Shown: positions 23,273 to 37,030 of the stretch, one piece after another
Position numbering within the stretch: position 1 is the stretch's first letter
Layout: each line of letters opens with the position of its first letter
Assembly (NCBI GenBank): GCA_051294375.1
Contig: JBJCIZ010000040.1
Span: 1 to 64,000, forward strand
DNA length: 64,000 bases
Origin: Paraspadella gotoi
Taxonomy: Eukaryota > Animalia > Chaetognatha
Direction: 5' to 3'
Position numbers and translations under genes: made by a program
The notes under the pieces: generated by a model
Seen by the model: only the letters and a program-made list of their open reading frames with translations
The model's database searches: none
Told to the model about the DNA's origin: nothing

Positions 23273-25491
23273 TGNNNNNNNNNNNNNNNNNNNNNNNNNN
23301 NNNNNNNNNNNNNNNNNNNNNNNNNNNNNNNNNNNNNNNNNNNNNNNNNNNNNNNNNNNNNNNNNNNNNNNNNNNNNNNNNNNNNNNNNNNNNNNNNNNN
23401 NNNNNNNNNNNNNNNNNNNNNNNNNNNNNNNNTTGAGAAAAAAGCGCGGAATAAATGGCGATAATAAAAGTTGTTAGAAGGACAAAAATAATCAAAATTT
23501 TTCAAAAAACGAACAATCACGCAAGAGATCGTACAGCGAGAGAGAGACAGAAAGAGAGACAGAGAGAGACAGAGAGAGACAGAAATAGACAGAGAGAGAA
23601 AGCGGGACAGCCGCGTCAGAGTTTAACTTGTTTTAGACGAATCTGAATAGGGTTGTACTCCTTTCCTTTCTATAAATGTAGAAAATGTTTATTATTTTCT
23701 ATGCCACGATGGTCGCGCGTTCGATTCGTCGGCTGTTTATTAAACTGNNNNNNNNNNNNNNNNNNNNNNNNNTGAGTCCACCGCACAATTAATGATATTA
23801 TAACAAGATTAACCCGATTCAAATCTATTTGGTGTTTAATAATTTCTCGAAAAAGAGCTGTAACCATCCTGTTTATTTTTGTCGTTAGTGTGCTTGACTG
23901 AAAGTTTTCAAAAAGACATAATCGGCGAGTTTCTTGATTGGATAAATATTAAAGGATGCTATAGTAAAGAGCCGTACGGTATCCTGCTGTATTATATGAT
24001 ATAGGAGTCACAGTTTTGATAAATTTGGATGAATGCAATAGTTGTCGTGGTCAGATTAGATTAAATTTTTTTTATGTTCATTCGTGTTTTTTGATTTTTT
24101 TTGCTGCACCTGGCATGCTCACCTTGATTGTAAATGCTTCAGTTAGATTTTTGTATAGCTAGATAATATATTTAATACCAAATTTCATTGAATGGATTAA
24201 GTAACTTTGGTAAAAACTGATTATATTGTTTTTAAAAAATTGGCACTTGTGTTATTTGATTAAGGGTCCTTATAAAAAATATTAGTCTTTAGACCTCAAT
24301 TTTAATAAAACTATAACCCCTAATTTTTAAACGTTTTTCCTTTTATATTTTTTTGCCGATTCTGAGAGCTGCTGGCTTACAGATTTTTCATTTTCTTTTA
24401 AAAATAATAAATTGCACGATGCGCAACTAGTACTATTTCATTTAAACCTTAAGCAAAGTTTGAAGCAAACAATGTCGGATCTGGCTTACGATAATGCCTT
24501 AAGCGGTAATCCAAGACTCAAGATCCGTATGATAATTCATAGGTAATTGCTTTTCTGACTCGCTCGAATTTGTGATTATAACAAATCATAAACAGACTTC
24601 TTAATAAATCTTTGGAAAAATATCTATAAATCTAATTGATCTAATATCATCATCTTACATCAGAAGCCTATGCCAACGTTGCATAATTTGGTCAAGCTTT
24701 CATAATTTATCAACTTGATAATTAAATCACTGGAACTAGAAGAAGTAGTATAAGAAAAGTGCCAATTCAGAACAATGTCGGCGATTTTTCGTAGGAAATC
24801 TCAAAAATGACTTCGAGCTGCGCTTTTGGCGATTCAATAGATTTCCTGTCTCTCGAGAAAAAACTGTTTAAAGAAGGTTGGAGTCAAAAAGTATGAAAAA
24901 GCTCCGCGATCTAACATTCGAGTCGAGCGACTCTCTCTCTCTCTCTCCTCTCCTCGACATCTATCTCTCTCTCTCTCGTCTTTCTCTCTGACATTTTCGG
25001 AGCTCTCTCTCTCTCTACTCTCTCTCATATCTCTTTGAGACTCTTGTCACCGCGCATCACCCAAAATGATTTGGTTCCGCTGCCGCGGTAGGAGATCGTG
25101 GATGTCAAAATAGAAGAGTTTCCGCGGACCAAATCGAAGGTTCGACTCTGACTTCTTCTCTCTCTGTCTCTTTCGAGACTCTGACTCTGTCACCGCACTC
25201 CAAAATTTTTGGTTTCCTGAACTTGGGAGTCAAAAATATGAGAGTCCTGTCAAGATTCGAACTCCGATTCTAAATATCACCAGTAACAATAGACTTATAT
25301 GTGCATTACACCTGACTCGTGATCTCAAAAATTCTCCCGAGACCAAAAATTCCCCCGAAAGAAGAAAAAATGCTTACTTCCTATATTGATATTTCTGAGA
25401 AATGTAATCTTAAGAAAACAGACCCGAGAAAGAGCGAAAGATGCGAAGAATTGCCGCTCTTGCAGCTGTCGTCGGGTCCTGCGAGCAAGCG

Positions 25492-25529
<38 letters not shown>

Positions 25530-27722
25530 AACTGCGGATAGATAGATAATTAGCTGTGGTCAAAACCTGCTCTGGGCAAGGCGTTGTGCCCTTGTTGACT
25601 GTAGGTAAAGTAGGAGCATGGTAAATTGGCGTAGTGCCGTTTTGCATCCTTGACAGAATACGTATCATTTTTAATATTTTTTTCTTAAAACGAAAGAAAA
25701 GGCTCTCGTTCCTTTGGCGTCGGTGTGTGCGAGCTTCGCGGAGTCGTGCGGTTTTGAGTTTGGACGACGCTGAGATTCAGTGCTATCTCTCAAGCCTTTA
25801 GCGATAGTAAGTTACGAAATGACTATTATATAAAATTCAACTAATAAATCTACAAAGAAAGTACAACTATAAATCAATTTTAAATATCACAACTAAGTCA
25901 GGTTGTTTGAGGCGAGTTTTAGGGAATGGACCCTCTCTCTGCTCACGATTCGCGCAAAGTCTGCGACGTCGACGCGCATCCTCCGTCGTCGTCCGTCGGA
26001 ATCGAGTTCGACGGTTTATTCCGGAGTTTTCCGTGACGGCCTGGGTAGTGGGTTGGGGGGAAGTCGTCCGGGTTGGACGTTCTGTCGTCGCATGGTTTGG
26101 AGCGGTGGGGTTGCGGTTGCTTTGTAACGTTAAAATAAACAGATCGTTGAAGTCACATATAACATAAGAAAATGGCGAGTAGGATTGATGTTGTTCAATG
26201 ATATGATATCAGCATTTTATGTAGGAAATAATCAGGGTCAGGTGTTGTCCGACGGGTTTGCGACTTCTTTCGTGAAGGTGAGCGTCGTTTTCGAACGTGG
26301 CAACCCGTCCCGCCGCGTTCCGCCGCCTCGACCATCGGAACCCGCCCTCACGCTCCCGCTTCCGACATTCGAGTGTGTTGTCGGGGTCGCCGTTTCTTCA
26401 GTCGCCGGTAAGAAATAAAGGATCGGGTGAAAAAAAACCCAATGTTTGAAAAACAAATTATCAAAAGTCGTATTTCTCAAACTCAGATCAATTCCCTCGA
26501 ACCGCCCAACGGTAAAAGAGGAAAGGAGGAGGAACCTTGAAAGGTCGTGGACGAGGCAAGAGTAATGCCTGCGCTCTCTCAGAAACGCTGCCAGTTCACG
26601 AGTTTGTTTGTGGAGAGACCGAGCGCAAAAGTGGTAATTAATGACTGATACATCGAAGTTGTTCAAAAACTTAAAACAAAATAGTATGGTCAGGCAAATA
26701 ATCGAATTTCGCGTTTTTTGTTACTTGGGCAGGTGGACGTTATGATTCACGAGGAGACCTGTTCTCCTATCTCCGCAAAGTGTGCCGGCCGGCCGGATGG
26801 GCATTCGCCTCGGCGTTCCGGAGCGCTAAGAAAGGACGAACGATTTTTTTTTTCTCCATGTATTTGTTTTTTTGTCGTTTTTTATGTTTTTCGTTAACTT
26901 TTTTTTTTTTCCGTTTGATTCTAGCTCGTGAACGAGTCTTTGTTTGTATTTTTCTGGTTTTTTTGCTCACTCGAAATCATTTAAGTAAATTTCTCATTAT
27001 TGTGTGGTTAGTACGGTTCATAGTAAAGTTTTAAAAGTTTATCTGCGTTTATATTTGTGCGAAAGACAGTAACAGCTGTTACGGGATACTCATGCAAAGG
27101 AGATAAGTAAGTGAGTAAAAAAGCAGCAGACACACGTGTGTAGGCGACAAAGAAAACAAGGTATTTGGTTACGTGATCGTAGGTAAAAACAATTAAAAAA
27201 ACTATTTACAGCAAAAAATGTTTTCTTTTAAAGAAAAAAGCAAAAATCTGCTTTAACAGAAAATATGAACTTTTGTGATTCGAAAGTAATCCGTCCGATG
27301 CATAATCGATAAACCGATTGCAATTGGTTTTTTTTTTGACTCCAAACATAATGCTGTCTCAGTCCCGAATTAGAGTTGGAAATTAAAGACATAACGGTGA
27401 CTCAAAAAAAAGAATTTAGAGAAAAATTCAAGACGTGTTTTGTGAGAAGAGGAAAACATATATTAACAAAAAACAGAGTAAAAAGCAAAAAGGTAAAAAT
27501 AACAACAACAACAAATACGTATTTACATTGGCTGAAAAAGGTCAACCATAACAAGGTCATTCTGTTTGGATACAAACAGTCATTCATACTGACCACAACG
27601 GGTCACAAAGTGCAAAGACTTCGTCGTCGTCTTCGTTATTATATTCGTCGTCGTCGTCGTCTTTGTTCGAATCATTTGAGCTCCCAAAATTGTGATAATC
27701 CTTTCATTTCCTTGTGTAGAAA

Positions 27723-28473
27723 AATTAAGTAAAAAAGCTTAATTTTGTTCAAAATAGAATTTTTAAAAGAAAACGGACATGTTTCAGCTTTAATTTTAAA
27801 CCTTAATCAGCGTTTAACAATTTGTAAAATAATTTTGCCAAATTGTGCAAAAGAAGAGAGAGAGAGAGTAAAAGTTTTCAATACTGAGTAGAGAAAGAAT
27901 AGTGGTCAGAGGTGAGAACAGGCTGAAGGTAGGGACAGATAGAATAAGTTTTGAAAAGAAACGAAAAATGGTCAGAGATAGATAGATAGAGATAGATAGA
28001 TAAGATAGATAGATAGATAGATAAGATAGAGCTTAAAATAAGCTGGCCCCCTTGATTGTTTGTCACTTAGCCATTCTTCATTAATTTAATTTTCAAATTT
28101 CATTTTCCTTCTCTCTATTTCATAAATATATCAGTTACTAACTTTCTCTCTCTGCATAACTCTCTCTCTCTCTCTGACCATTTTTCACTTCTTTTCAAAA
28201 TTTACTATATCTGTCCTTACCATCTGCCTGTCCTCACCTCTGGCTACTCTCATTTTCTCAACTCTGTGTTGAAAAACTTTTAATCACTCTCTCTCTCTCT
28301 CTCTCTCTCTCTTACTATCTCTCTCTCCCTCTTTTTTTGCACAAAATTTTGACAAAATAATTTCACATCTTGTAAAACGCTGATGAGGGCCTGAAATTAA
28401 AGCCAAAACATGTCCGTTTTCTATTGAATATAAAAAATTCGTTGTTGAAAAAAAATCAAACTTTTCACTTAAT
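27723..28473. mobile_element. Second Penelope-like inverted doublet with decayed hammerheads (27771-27815 minus; 28374-28420 plus)
   Basis: Same body as the 11-kb element. Perfect stem I AAACG/CGTTT; the cores are mutated (CTGATTA in one arm, GAAA to AAAA in the other). Confidence 0.78.
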
Positions 28474-28999
28474 GTAATATAATAAAAATTGGTACAAATA
28501 TAAAATAAATTGTTTAAACAATACAATCTATTCAAAAAATCTACTTTCAGCAGCAAGCATCCACAGAAGGCTTTTTTTATCATATTATGATTAATTATGC
28601 AAAAAAAAAAAATGATGTCCGTCCGTCCGTCCATCCGTCCGTCACCCCTTAGCATTAAACTCCAATTACTCGTGATTGGATGGAATTGGAAATTGAATGG
28701 ATTGGAGGAGAGTAGAGAGTAAATGTGCTTGCAGTGGAGGATGGAGAAAGTGGTTTGATGATTTGAGTTGGATCTTTAGAGCACGTTCAATGGAATCCGC
28801 TCGAGGGTGGAAATGCAGTTTACACATGGGAAAATATCATATTTAATGGTGAAGCGATGCATTTATTACAGTTATAGATGTATTATACATTAGGTATTAA
28901 AAATGGTGGAAGTCTATAATAAATTGCAAATAAAAGAAGAGTTTAGTTGTGTGGGCGAGTTAGAATATAACTCGGCGGACAGCGCTAAGGATGATCAAT

Positions 29000-31900
29000 T
29001 TCTTGATGGAATCGTAGTAGTGGAAAACTAGTTTAAAAACAGCACGAAATCCACAAGACTCATGTTCACCTTCAAGTTGATTTTCAAAAGGTCTTCGTTT
29101 CCACTCTAGCAATCCCCGGTGAAAGAGATTGATTGATTAATGTGATGCGAGATTGAATGACACCTAAGCGATATGTAGATGCAGTTGACAACAAAGTGAA
29201 GAGAATTCGTGAGAAATATCTGGAGATTATTACAATAATAATGTCAAATAATAATTTACTCGGCCTAAATTATCATTCCATTTCACATTCCTACTATTGA
29301 TAAAACCAACAGTATGATTTAAGTCATTATAGCACAGGTCACCTATGAGTTATTTTATCTCGCATGATTTTCCATTCGATTATAATAGACTGTGAAAATA
29401 AACTCTCGTTCACTTTTCTTCCGCTTCCTTATGGGTCTCTTCGAATTCTTTAGTATCTAAATTCGTCCTCCACTTGGTGGCAGCGGTAGTGCGACCCACC
29501 GGTTGGATTTTACACCTACAAAAGAAGAGGTGCATCTAGAAAATGGCAAAAGATGATTAATCCTTTTGGCATTGAGACTTTTTAAAGAAACAGGGACATG
29601 AGCAAACGTCATCGCACAACGCTAATAAAAATGGTATGGATCCCCTTTTTTGTGTCATGGAGAGGAATATAGCGACATTCTGTGACTAGCCATCAAACCT
29701 GACATATGCATATAATTCTCTGTCGTTAAAACGTTGCAAACGAACATATTTCTTGTGGGGAAAGTTGGTCATCTATGGGACTAGGGCACGTCAGCGTCAC
29801 GTTCTATGGGCAAGTTTTGAACCGAGAGAAGAGCACATGTGCATATTGCAGCGATGGATGGGAGATTTTGCAGACCCAGTCGGAAATAATAACTCAGTAT
29901 TTGCGTTTTATGCAACATGACCAGTAAGTTCCACTGTAGTACGTGTTCCTGGAGGCCAGAATAGCCCCTGGTTATGGCCTCCTACGCCACAGAGGAGTCG
30001 CGTCACGACGTGCTACGCCCGCAATATCATCCAAACTGTTTTCAAAAGTCGGAGACATGTGTGCTCATCGTCCTGTGTTGTTTCACAGTTCACAGCTTCC
30101 CACAGTCATGTATATCTAGATCACTCATCACACTTATATCTTGGGAAGTGAAATCTTCGTATATTTCTATAAATCAGGGGCGAATAAGTATGAGATATTT
30201 ATAACACTCTGCTTGAATTTTCCATATTGTGATTTACCAATGCCTAACCCCCAGCGCGATAATTTATGCTAAATTATTATATCATAATTTCATTTGATAA
30301 ACTTCAACGGCATTATTTACTTTTATAAACCGTGACCAACAAAGAAGTTAATATGTCGATGTGTAGCCTCATTTATTATTATATAGTTATCAATTGTGCA
30401 TTGTAATTTGATACAAATTTATAGTCGTAATGTTTAATTCTTTAAGAGCGTGGCCGAGTGGAATCGATTATTATTATAGTAAGAAGTAAAATAAAATCGC
30501 CCGGCCAAATTCTTGTCTCTCCACTAAAAAATCTCCGTCCTGCACTCCAAATTATAGACAGTTAATTCAATGATACTTGCAGATGATGCGAATATTATTG
30601 GCAAGTTGAAACAAAATATGTCATCTGGAGAGACAACGCAAGAGAGAACAAAAAATCATGTCAAGTCAATAATTCATATGGAATTTTGACAAGTTAGACC
30701 GAAGATTAAATACAATTTGAAAAAATTATGCGAGCTGTGTGAACTCGAAAAGGATAAATGCAAGTTGAATTAAATTAAGGAAGTTTGACCTTAAATTTTG
30801 GAGTAAGTATTTGATACAAATCATGCAAGATGAAACGAAGGGAGATTATGGCCGAGGTTGCCAAATTATAGAAAAACCAGTTGATCTAACATAAGCGTGC
30901 TAAGTACGCAAATTAAAGCCAAGTCTCTACATCTCGATTATGCCAGTAGAGGCAAATTAAAATTTATATGCCAGTTGACCATTATCGATAGTTGAGTGAA
31001 AGTCTATGAATATATTAATGGTAAATATGAGGAAGCTACTCTAGAATCAATCATGAATGATAGATCAATTTGAATAGTTTAGATTCATTATAATAGATTT
31101 ATTAACTTATTATAAGTAATGTTGCCCTAGGACCTAGTTAATTATCCTTTCCAAATCTTTGTGATATTAAGCTATCTGAAATATCGACTTGTTTTACCGT
31201 TTAATTGGTTTTAAAATCGGTTAATCTTAGATAGGTAAAACTGGAGTATAATTTGATAATATATAATTTTCAGTAAAACAGAGAGATGGGAAGAGACAAA
31301 TTTAAAGCTTTATGAGTAGTTTTAAATCTATTTCAATACTTAAGGATTCACGCCAATAAATAGTAGGTAATGAGAGAAAGACATATACACTGAAACTACA
31401 TGATAAGTAAACAAATGCAATGACGAAGCAATTAAGCCAATCATTTTTTATAATTAAATAATTAATTATTAAGAGGTCACTCTGGTTTCGGTAAGTGGAA
31501 GAGCATAAACAGAGGCCTGATTTGCAGCTTCTCTTCAAGGACTGTGGTTGGAGGTAAAGGCTAGTAGTGTATATAAAAGAGCGCTGCATGGAGTGTGGAC
31601 CCGCATTATTGTGAATTTATATTCTTTTATTATGTGTTGAAGGCTAGGTGATTGCTCGATAGGGCCCCTGTTTTTTGTCAAGAAATAAAATCCTTTTGGG
31701 TTTAGTCGGGACTGGCTTATCAGCACACGACCTCCGACTCTTTAATTCACTTTGTCTGAGTTCCGCTACAGTTCTCCTCGAATCCCTAAATCTTGTCGGT
31801 AAATCATCATGTTTCATCACAATCCAAGAGCAACACAATGGAAAGAATAAACATCCTATATATATTATGCTTAATGATTATGAGAGTCAGGTATATAAAG

Positions 31901-34900
31901 GCGATGTCCGTCCATTTCGTAGGTATCACGTCTGTTCTGGTCATCTGTTTGTTCATGCCCTCCCGTATTGGGATGATGGATTGGAATACCTTCGAGAGAG
32001 ATTGTGTCGGGTAAAAGCGTGTGTCTGCGCATTGTATGATGGACAATCACGTAAAGTGCGAGAGGTGGTAATACGTGCAAGTTAAGATGAATTTGTAAGA
32101 CTGAGGAAAATAACCAAAAGTACAGCCGGATTTTAGTTTATTTTTGACTTGGCACATTATTTATTATATTTATTTACTCTAAAGTAAATAATCCACACAA
32201 TTTGTATGTAGTCTGCATACAAATTACAGGAGGACACGTCGTATCGACAGTAGCGATTATTACAGCTTAAATTATCGTAAAGCAGTCTCACAATTGTTCT
32301 TAACTCAAACTGTGTTTACTGTTATGAATCCTGGTATTGTTCTCTTACCTGTTATAGTCTCACAAATTATAACCAAAATAATTTACGTAAATTAACTATA
32401 TCATTGTATTGAGTTCATTACCACGCTTAAATTATATTCAAGCACGATGCAGGGATTTGGAGAACACTCTCCGGGAAATAGGACATTAATTTTATTGGCT
32501 TCAAACTATTTTTCATTGTAGGTCTGTAACGATATTGAGTGTGCTGTAAATGAGAACCATATACAATAAAGATACACTGGGTAGTATGTTCTCAGCGTAA
32601 CTTCACATTCCATCGCGGTTTCGCGTCGATATATTATATCGGCGCTGGGTCGAAACACCGTGAAACGAGGAAAATTACTAATTGAAAGAACCACGACCGA
32701 AAGGATCCTTTGCCACTACTTATGTTTCGCTTTGGATATCATAATTTTATCAAATGGTATCTATTAGCACTTTTGGTGTTTAATTGAACACAATGCAAAT
32801 TACATAATGAGGATATAATTTTTGTTTTTGGAGCGTCGACTAGAAAAAATTTTTTTTAATAGTTCAAGATTAAATATTATAATAGTAAGATTTCCTGCTT
32901 TTGGTGAAAAATAGAATTGTGCCGATAATCATATTATAGTAGGCCAGTTTTTTTGTCTATCCCCTTTTATAAGAATTTTGTGAATGGGAAATATGATTGA
33001 TCGATGATGGATTATATTTGATTGAGAAGAGAAGATTCGAGAGAATGGATTACATATATATAAATATGTTATTTTATAGTTGCTTCATTATTATATATGT
33101 ATCAGGAAACTGATAAATGCCTACAAATTTAGTATTCTATAGATTCAACATATGATGCATAGATTCATAGAGTACGATCTCTATTGCTAAACCTATTTTC
33201 CAGCGGACAGCAGCTCATACGCAGTGCAGATGTAATTGAATTTGTCCATATAAGCTGACATGTCTGTACAATCTTTCAATTAAAACCAAATCTCCCTTAA
33301 ATCCGAAAGGACAATAGTACAGATCTGTCAGAAAAGCTTGTTGACTTTCATTCCATTGCACATAATATTATTTAACTAAGTAGCTAAAAAAAAATTTAAG
33401 GTCGTTGAAAGATTTGGAATGTTTTTTAAAATTGACAGAAAAATATTTTGCACAAACATTGGCTTTGAGATGCATGATAAGAATGTAAATTTAATTTTGT
33501 TTTAATTTTATAAAATTTCTCAAGAAACATCATATAAAACTGTAAGAACTTCTTGATGCCAATGAGCATAGTAAAATTCATTATTTATTACTGTACTGAT
33601 TCACTGTATTCATTTGTAAAAGTGACAGTATGTTTGAGAACACTCTGTAATTGAAAAAAATGGAAGTATTTTTTAAATTTGCTTTTGCAGTTGTTTACTT
33701 CATATATTTAGCATTTGCTACTACTAAATGTGATAACTTTAAAGGTAAATCATTTGAAAAAAAATATTAACTATTTAATTCCAAAAACTGTTACTTAAAA
33801 TATAAAAAAGAAAGCTTATTGTTAACTAAAAAATTAACAGTACTCAGCTAACTGGAATATTAACAAATAATTCAGTTATTTCATCTGACACTTAATAAAG
33901 CAGCGTAAAGTTACATTATTATCTTTGGTGTATACTTAAGGGTCCGCATTTTCCCTCAGTCCCTTGAGTAGGTTGAACATTTTGTAGAATCATCCTTGTA
34001 ATTGCACTGAAGTTAGGCGTTCGAAATTGTTTGATCATCTTGATTATATGGCAACATGGGAGACTTCCGTCCAAGTTGTTGTTTTGAATATAATCATCAA
34101 AAAGCAATTTAATCCTGAGGTAAAAATTTATTAATTTTATGAATGAACAAAACTTAATTGTATGAGCCTTAACCTCAGGCTACCATATATATTCATATGT
34201 ATATATTGTTCAGATGGGAAAAGATAGCTTATTTATTAAAATGAATGGATATTTTTATTTAATTAAGATTGTACAATTTCATAAAATTACCAGCACCTCC
34301 TATGTATATGTGATGCTCTCTAGTGCGGAGTGAGACATAAGTGATTGCCCCCCAATCTAATGACTTAAGCGTGGAATGATCTCTTAATACAACTGGAAGA
34401 AGATCTACATTTAGTATCACCACTATCATATGATGAGAGGGATGCCAGGTGACTCTGGAGGACATGAATAAAACGAGACTTTTTGGAGAGAGTCCTTGAT
34501 TCTAGAAATCTATGCAGGTGACTTGCTATGTCATTAGCGTTGTACACGAGCGAATGGATAAAGCCTCAAATCACACACAAAAGAGCCTGTCAAAAGATGG
34601 AGTAGGAGGCAAGATTAGCTTATTTACTTAAATTAATACGCGTATAATTTTTATATTGGTTGTACCAATTTCAATAAATTTCAAATTATCTATTCCACCT
34701 GGTAGATCAGTTAAATAATCGTCTGTCAACTAATACTTAAAGGGGGTCTTTGCTGTATATACTTAACAGGGGGCATTGACATCATTTCATCATATGCAGG
34801 GGTTCTGACATATAAAACTCTAATAAGCGGGGCATACTAAAGTAAGAATGGGAGATATGGCGGCATTCACTCTTACGAGCTGGATGATTCAACCTTTATG

Positions 34901-37030
34901 ATTATGCACTATAAGATGGAGGTGGACTTGCCATTACCAGTCTTGTCCTGGAGTTGGCTGCCTTACATGAATGGGGCTCGTGGTCGAGTACTCTGTCTAT
35001 TGGACGATCGGGTTATCGTGACGCGAAATGGCGCATACTGGTTTTTGCAACAAAAGTTGCGCTGTTGTCGTAGCGAATTTCTATGAGGCTCTTTTAAGCA
35101 GATAGGTTATAGCATAGAACAGGAAAAAAAGCGGGATCTGGTTCGAAAACAAGTTATCGTTTTGTCTATTTAAATTGAATTTTTATTATAAAAAATCAGT
35201 ACCGGATACTGAGCATGCACTCACAAATGAAGTATTAAAAAATATGAAGTGAATACAGATTTTTAGTTTTGAATCACTCCTATGTAGAAATTAATGAGTG
35301 ACTAAGATCACATGTTGATAATACTGTTCCGATCAACTGGCTATTGCAGTTCTGAGGGGGGCTTATCATAGAATTTTTTTCTTCTGTTATAGAATTTGTA
35401 AAACTAACTATTCAAAATATACGCTTGTGTACGAATAACTCATTAACCAGCTTCCTATTCCGTGAATTTATACCAAATGAGAGCGCTGGTTTGTCCGTTC
35501 TATCACGAGTGGCTCTTTTGATATATATATTTCTTTCTCATTGTGTTCAATGGTAGCGCTGTTTTTTGTTGGGAAAATTCGATATTATCTACATACATGA
35601 CACACCAACAGTCGCCGTCATGGCGTCTTGAAATCACAGCTCGCGCGTCGCTATTCACTCCGCCTCAGGACGGAAGCTGGACAATAATTGATCGGTCTGC
35701 TCGGGTTTCTTTGCTGCCCGCGAGCATTCTGCTCGAGGAAGCTTCCAGATTTTGCCAGCCACAGAGAAGTGGATTACGATTTTTTCGACGCGATTTCATG
35801 AATGGAGATTGAGGTCCCGACACGATGGACGAGTCCTAAGCCGGCTACATGCTCCTGGGGATTACTAGGCGCCGGGTTTCGTAGGGAGACCTGGTCAGGT
35901 TATAAACTGTATCAGGGACCGGCGCGTGGGCAGTCGCACAAATTAGGAACTCCTTCCCGTCCTGAACCATCTGTGTGTTGTGACAAGCCTCAATCCGAAG
36001 CTCAGGGACATACGAGCGCTTTATATGAACGGTTCTGTTTGATTCTTAAACGTTTTTCACACTAATAGAATGATAGATTCATAGTTTTCTCTGTCAGTTG
36101 GTGAGAAACCCGATTCGGATATTCCGGCGAAAATAATTGGCTTATTTGGAAGGTAGCATGTTTTTTCTTATATCTTATTTATATAACAATGACACTTTCG
36201 TTGCGTTTTCTTTGCTTTTTTGCAGGGCAACAACAGTCAGCCTCAAGCCAACAAAGCTGTCTATGTGCGATAGCGATTAGGCACTTTCCCGCCCACGGAA
36301 CTCATTTCAGGCGACATGGATGCCTCAATATCTTGTGTTCCCGACAGGCAGTTGCATAAATTCTACAAGCAGCTATTAAGGGCTGAACGAGCAAGAAAAT
36401 AAAATTCACTAGGATAAATACGTCATAGAACTATGAGGATTCCCCAAGTCATTATTTTTTGAAAATTACTTTTCTTTGTTTAGCTAATATATAATGGCGG
36501 GAGTGTTGGTATGGGTACGGGATGTATGGCGGACGTATAATTAACAAATTCTAAATATGCTTATAACACCAAACCCTACACGTACTTTAATTTGCACAAT
36601 CAATTGTTAAATATTTTAGGAGATTGTCGCCTAGTCAGACTCGGCCATGAAGCAATTTTCACCCTTTCTTGGTGGCATCTTTAAGATTCAATAATAAAGA
36701 TGGGAGCAAGTTCAATCAATATCGACAAATTAAAAAGTATTATTGATATTGATCTTACCATTTCAAAAATGTCAGCACTTCTTGGGCAGCACACGGACAG
36801 TAGCGTTCTAGTTGATGCACATTCGATGCAACCATGGTAGGCCATTCAGTGGTTTTTAGCCCGGGTGGTCTTCTGGCAGGTTAAATGTAAGGGCGACGGG
36901 CGCTTAAACGTCCGCCTGTAACATGTGTTACAGCCTGATCGAAGGCATCCCACTTGACTGATCTCTAAATGTTGATAAAGGACTGGCTTATATGAACAAA
37001 GTGGTTTTCAGTCACTAAAATCGACTCTGA
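29000..37030 (+). other. Insertion-rich noisy duplicate of ~37915-43660, likely an uncorrected long read in the assembly
   Basis: Collinear matches throughout (e.g. 29950 vs 38780, 33200 vs 41340) with scattered extra bases; includes a garbled TRIM-A copy at ~35800-37020. Confidence 0.85.
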
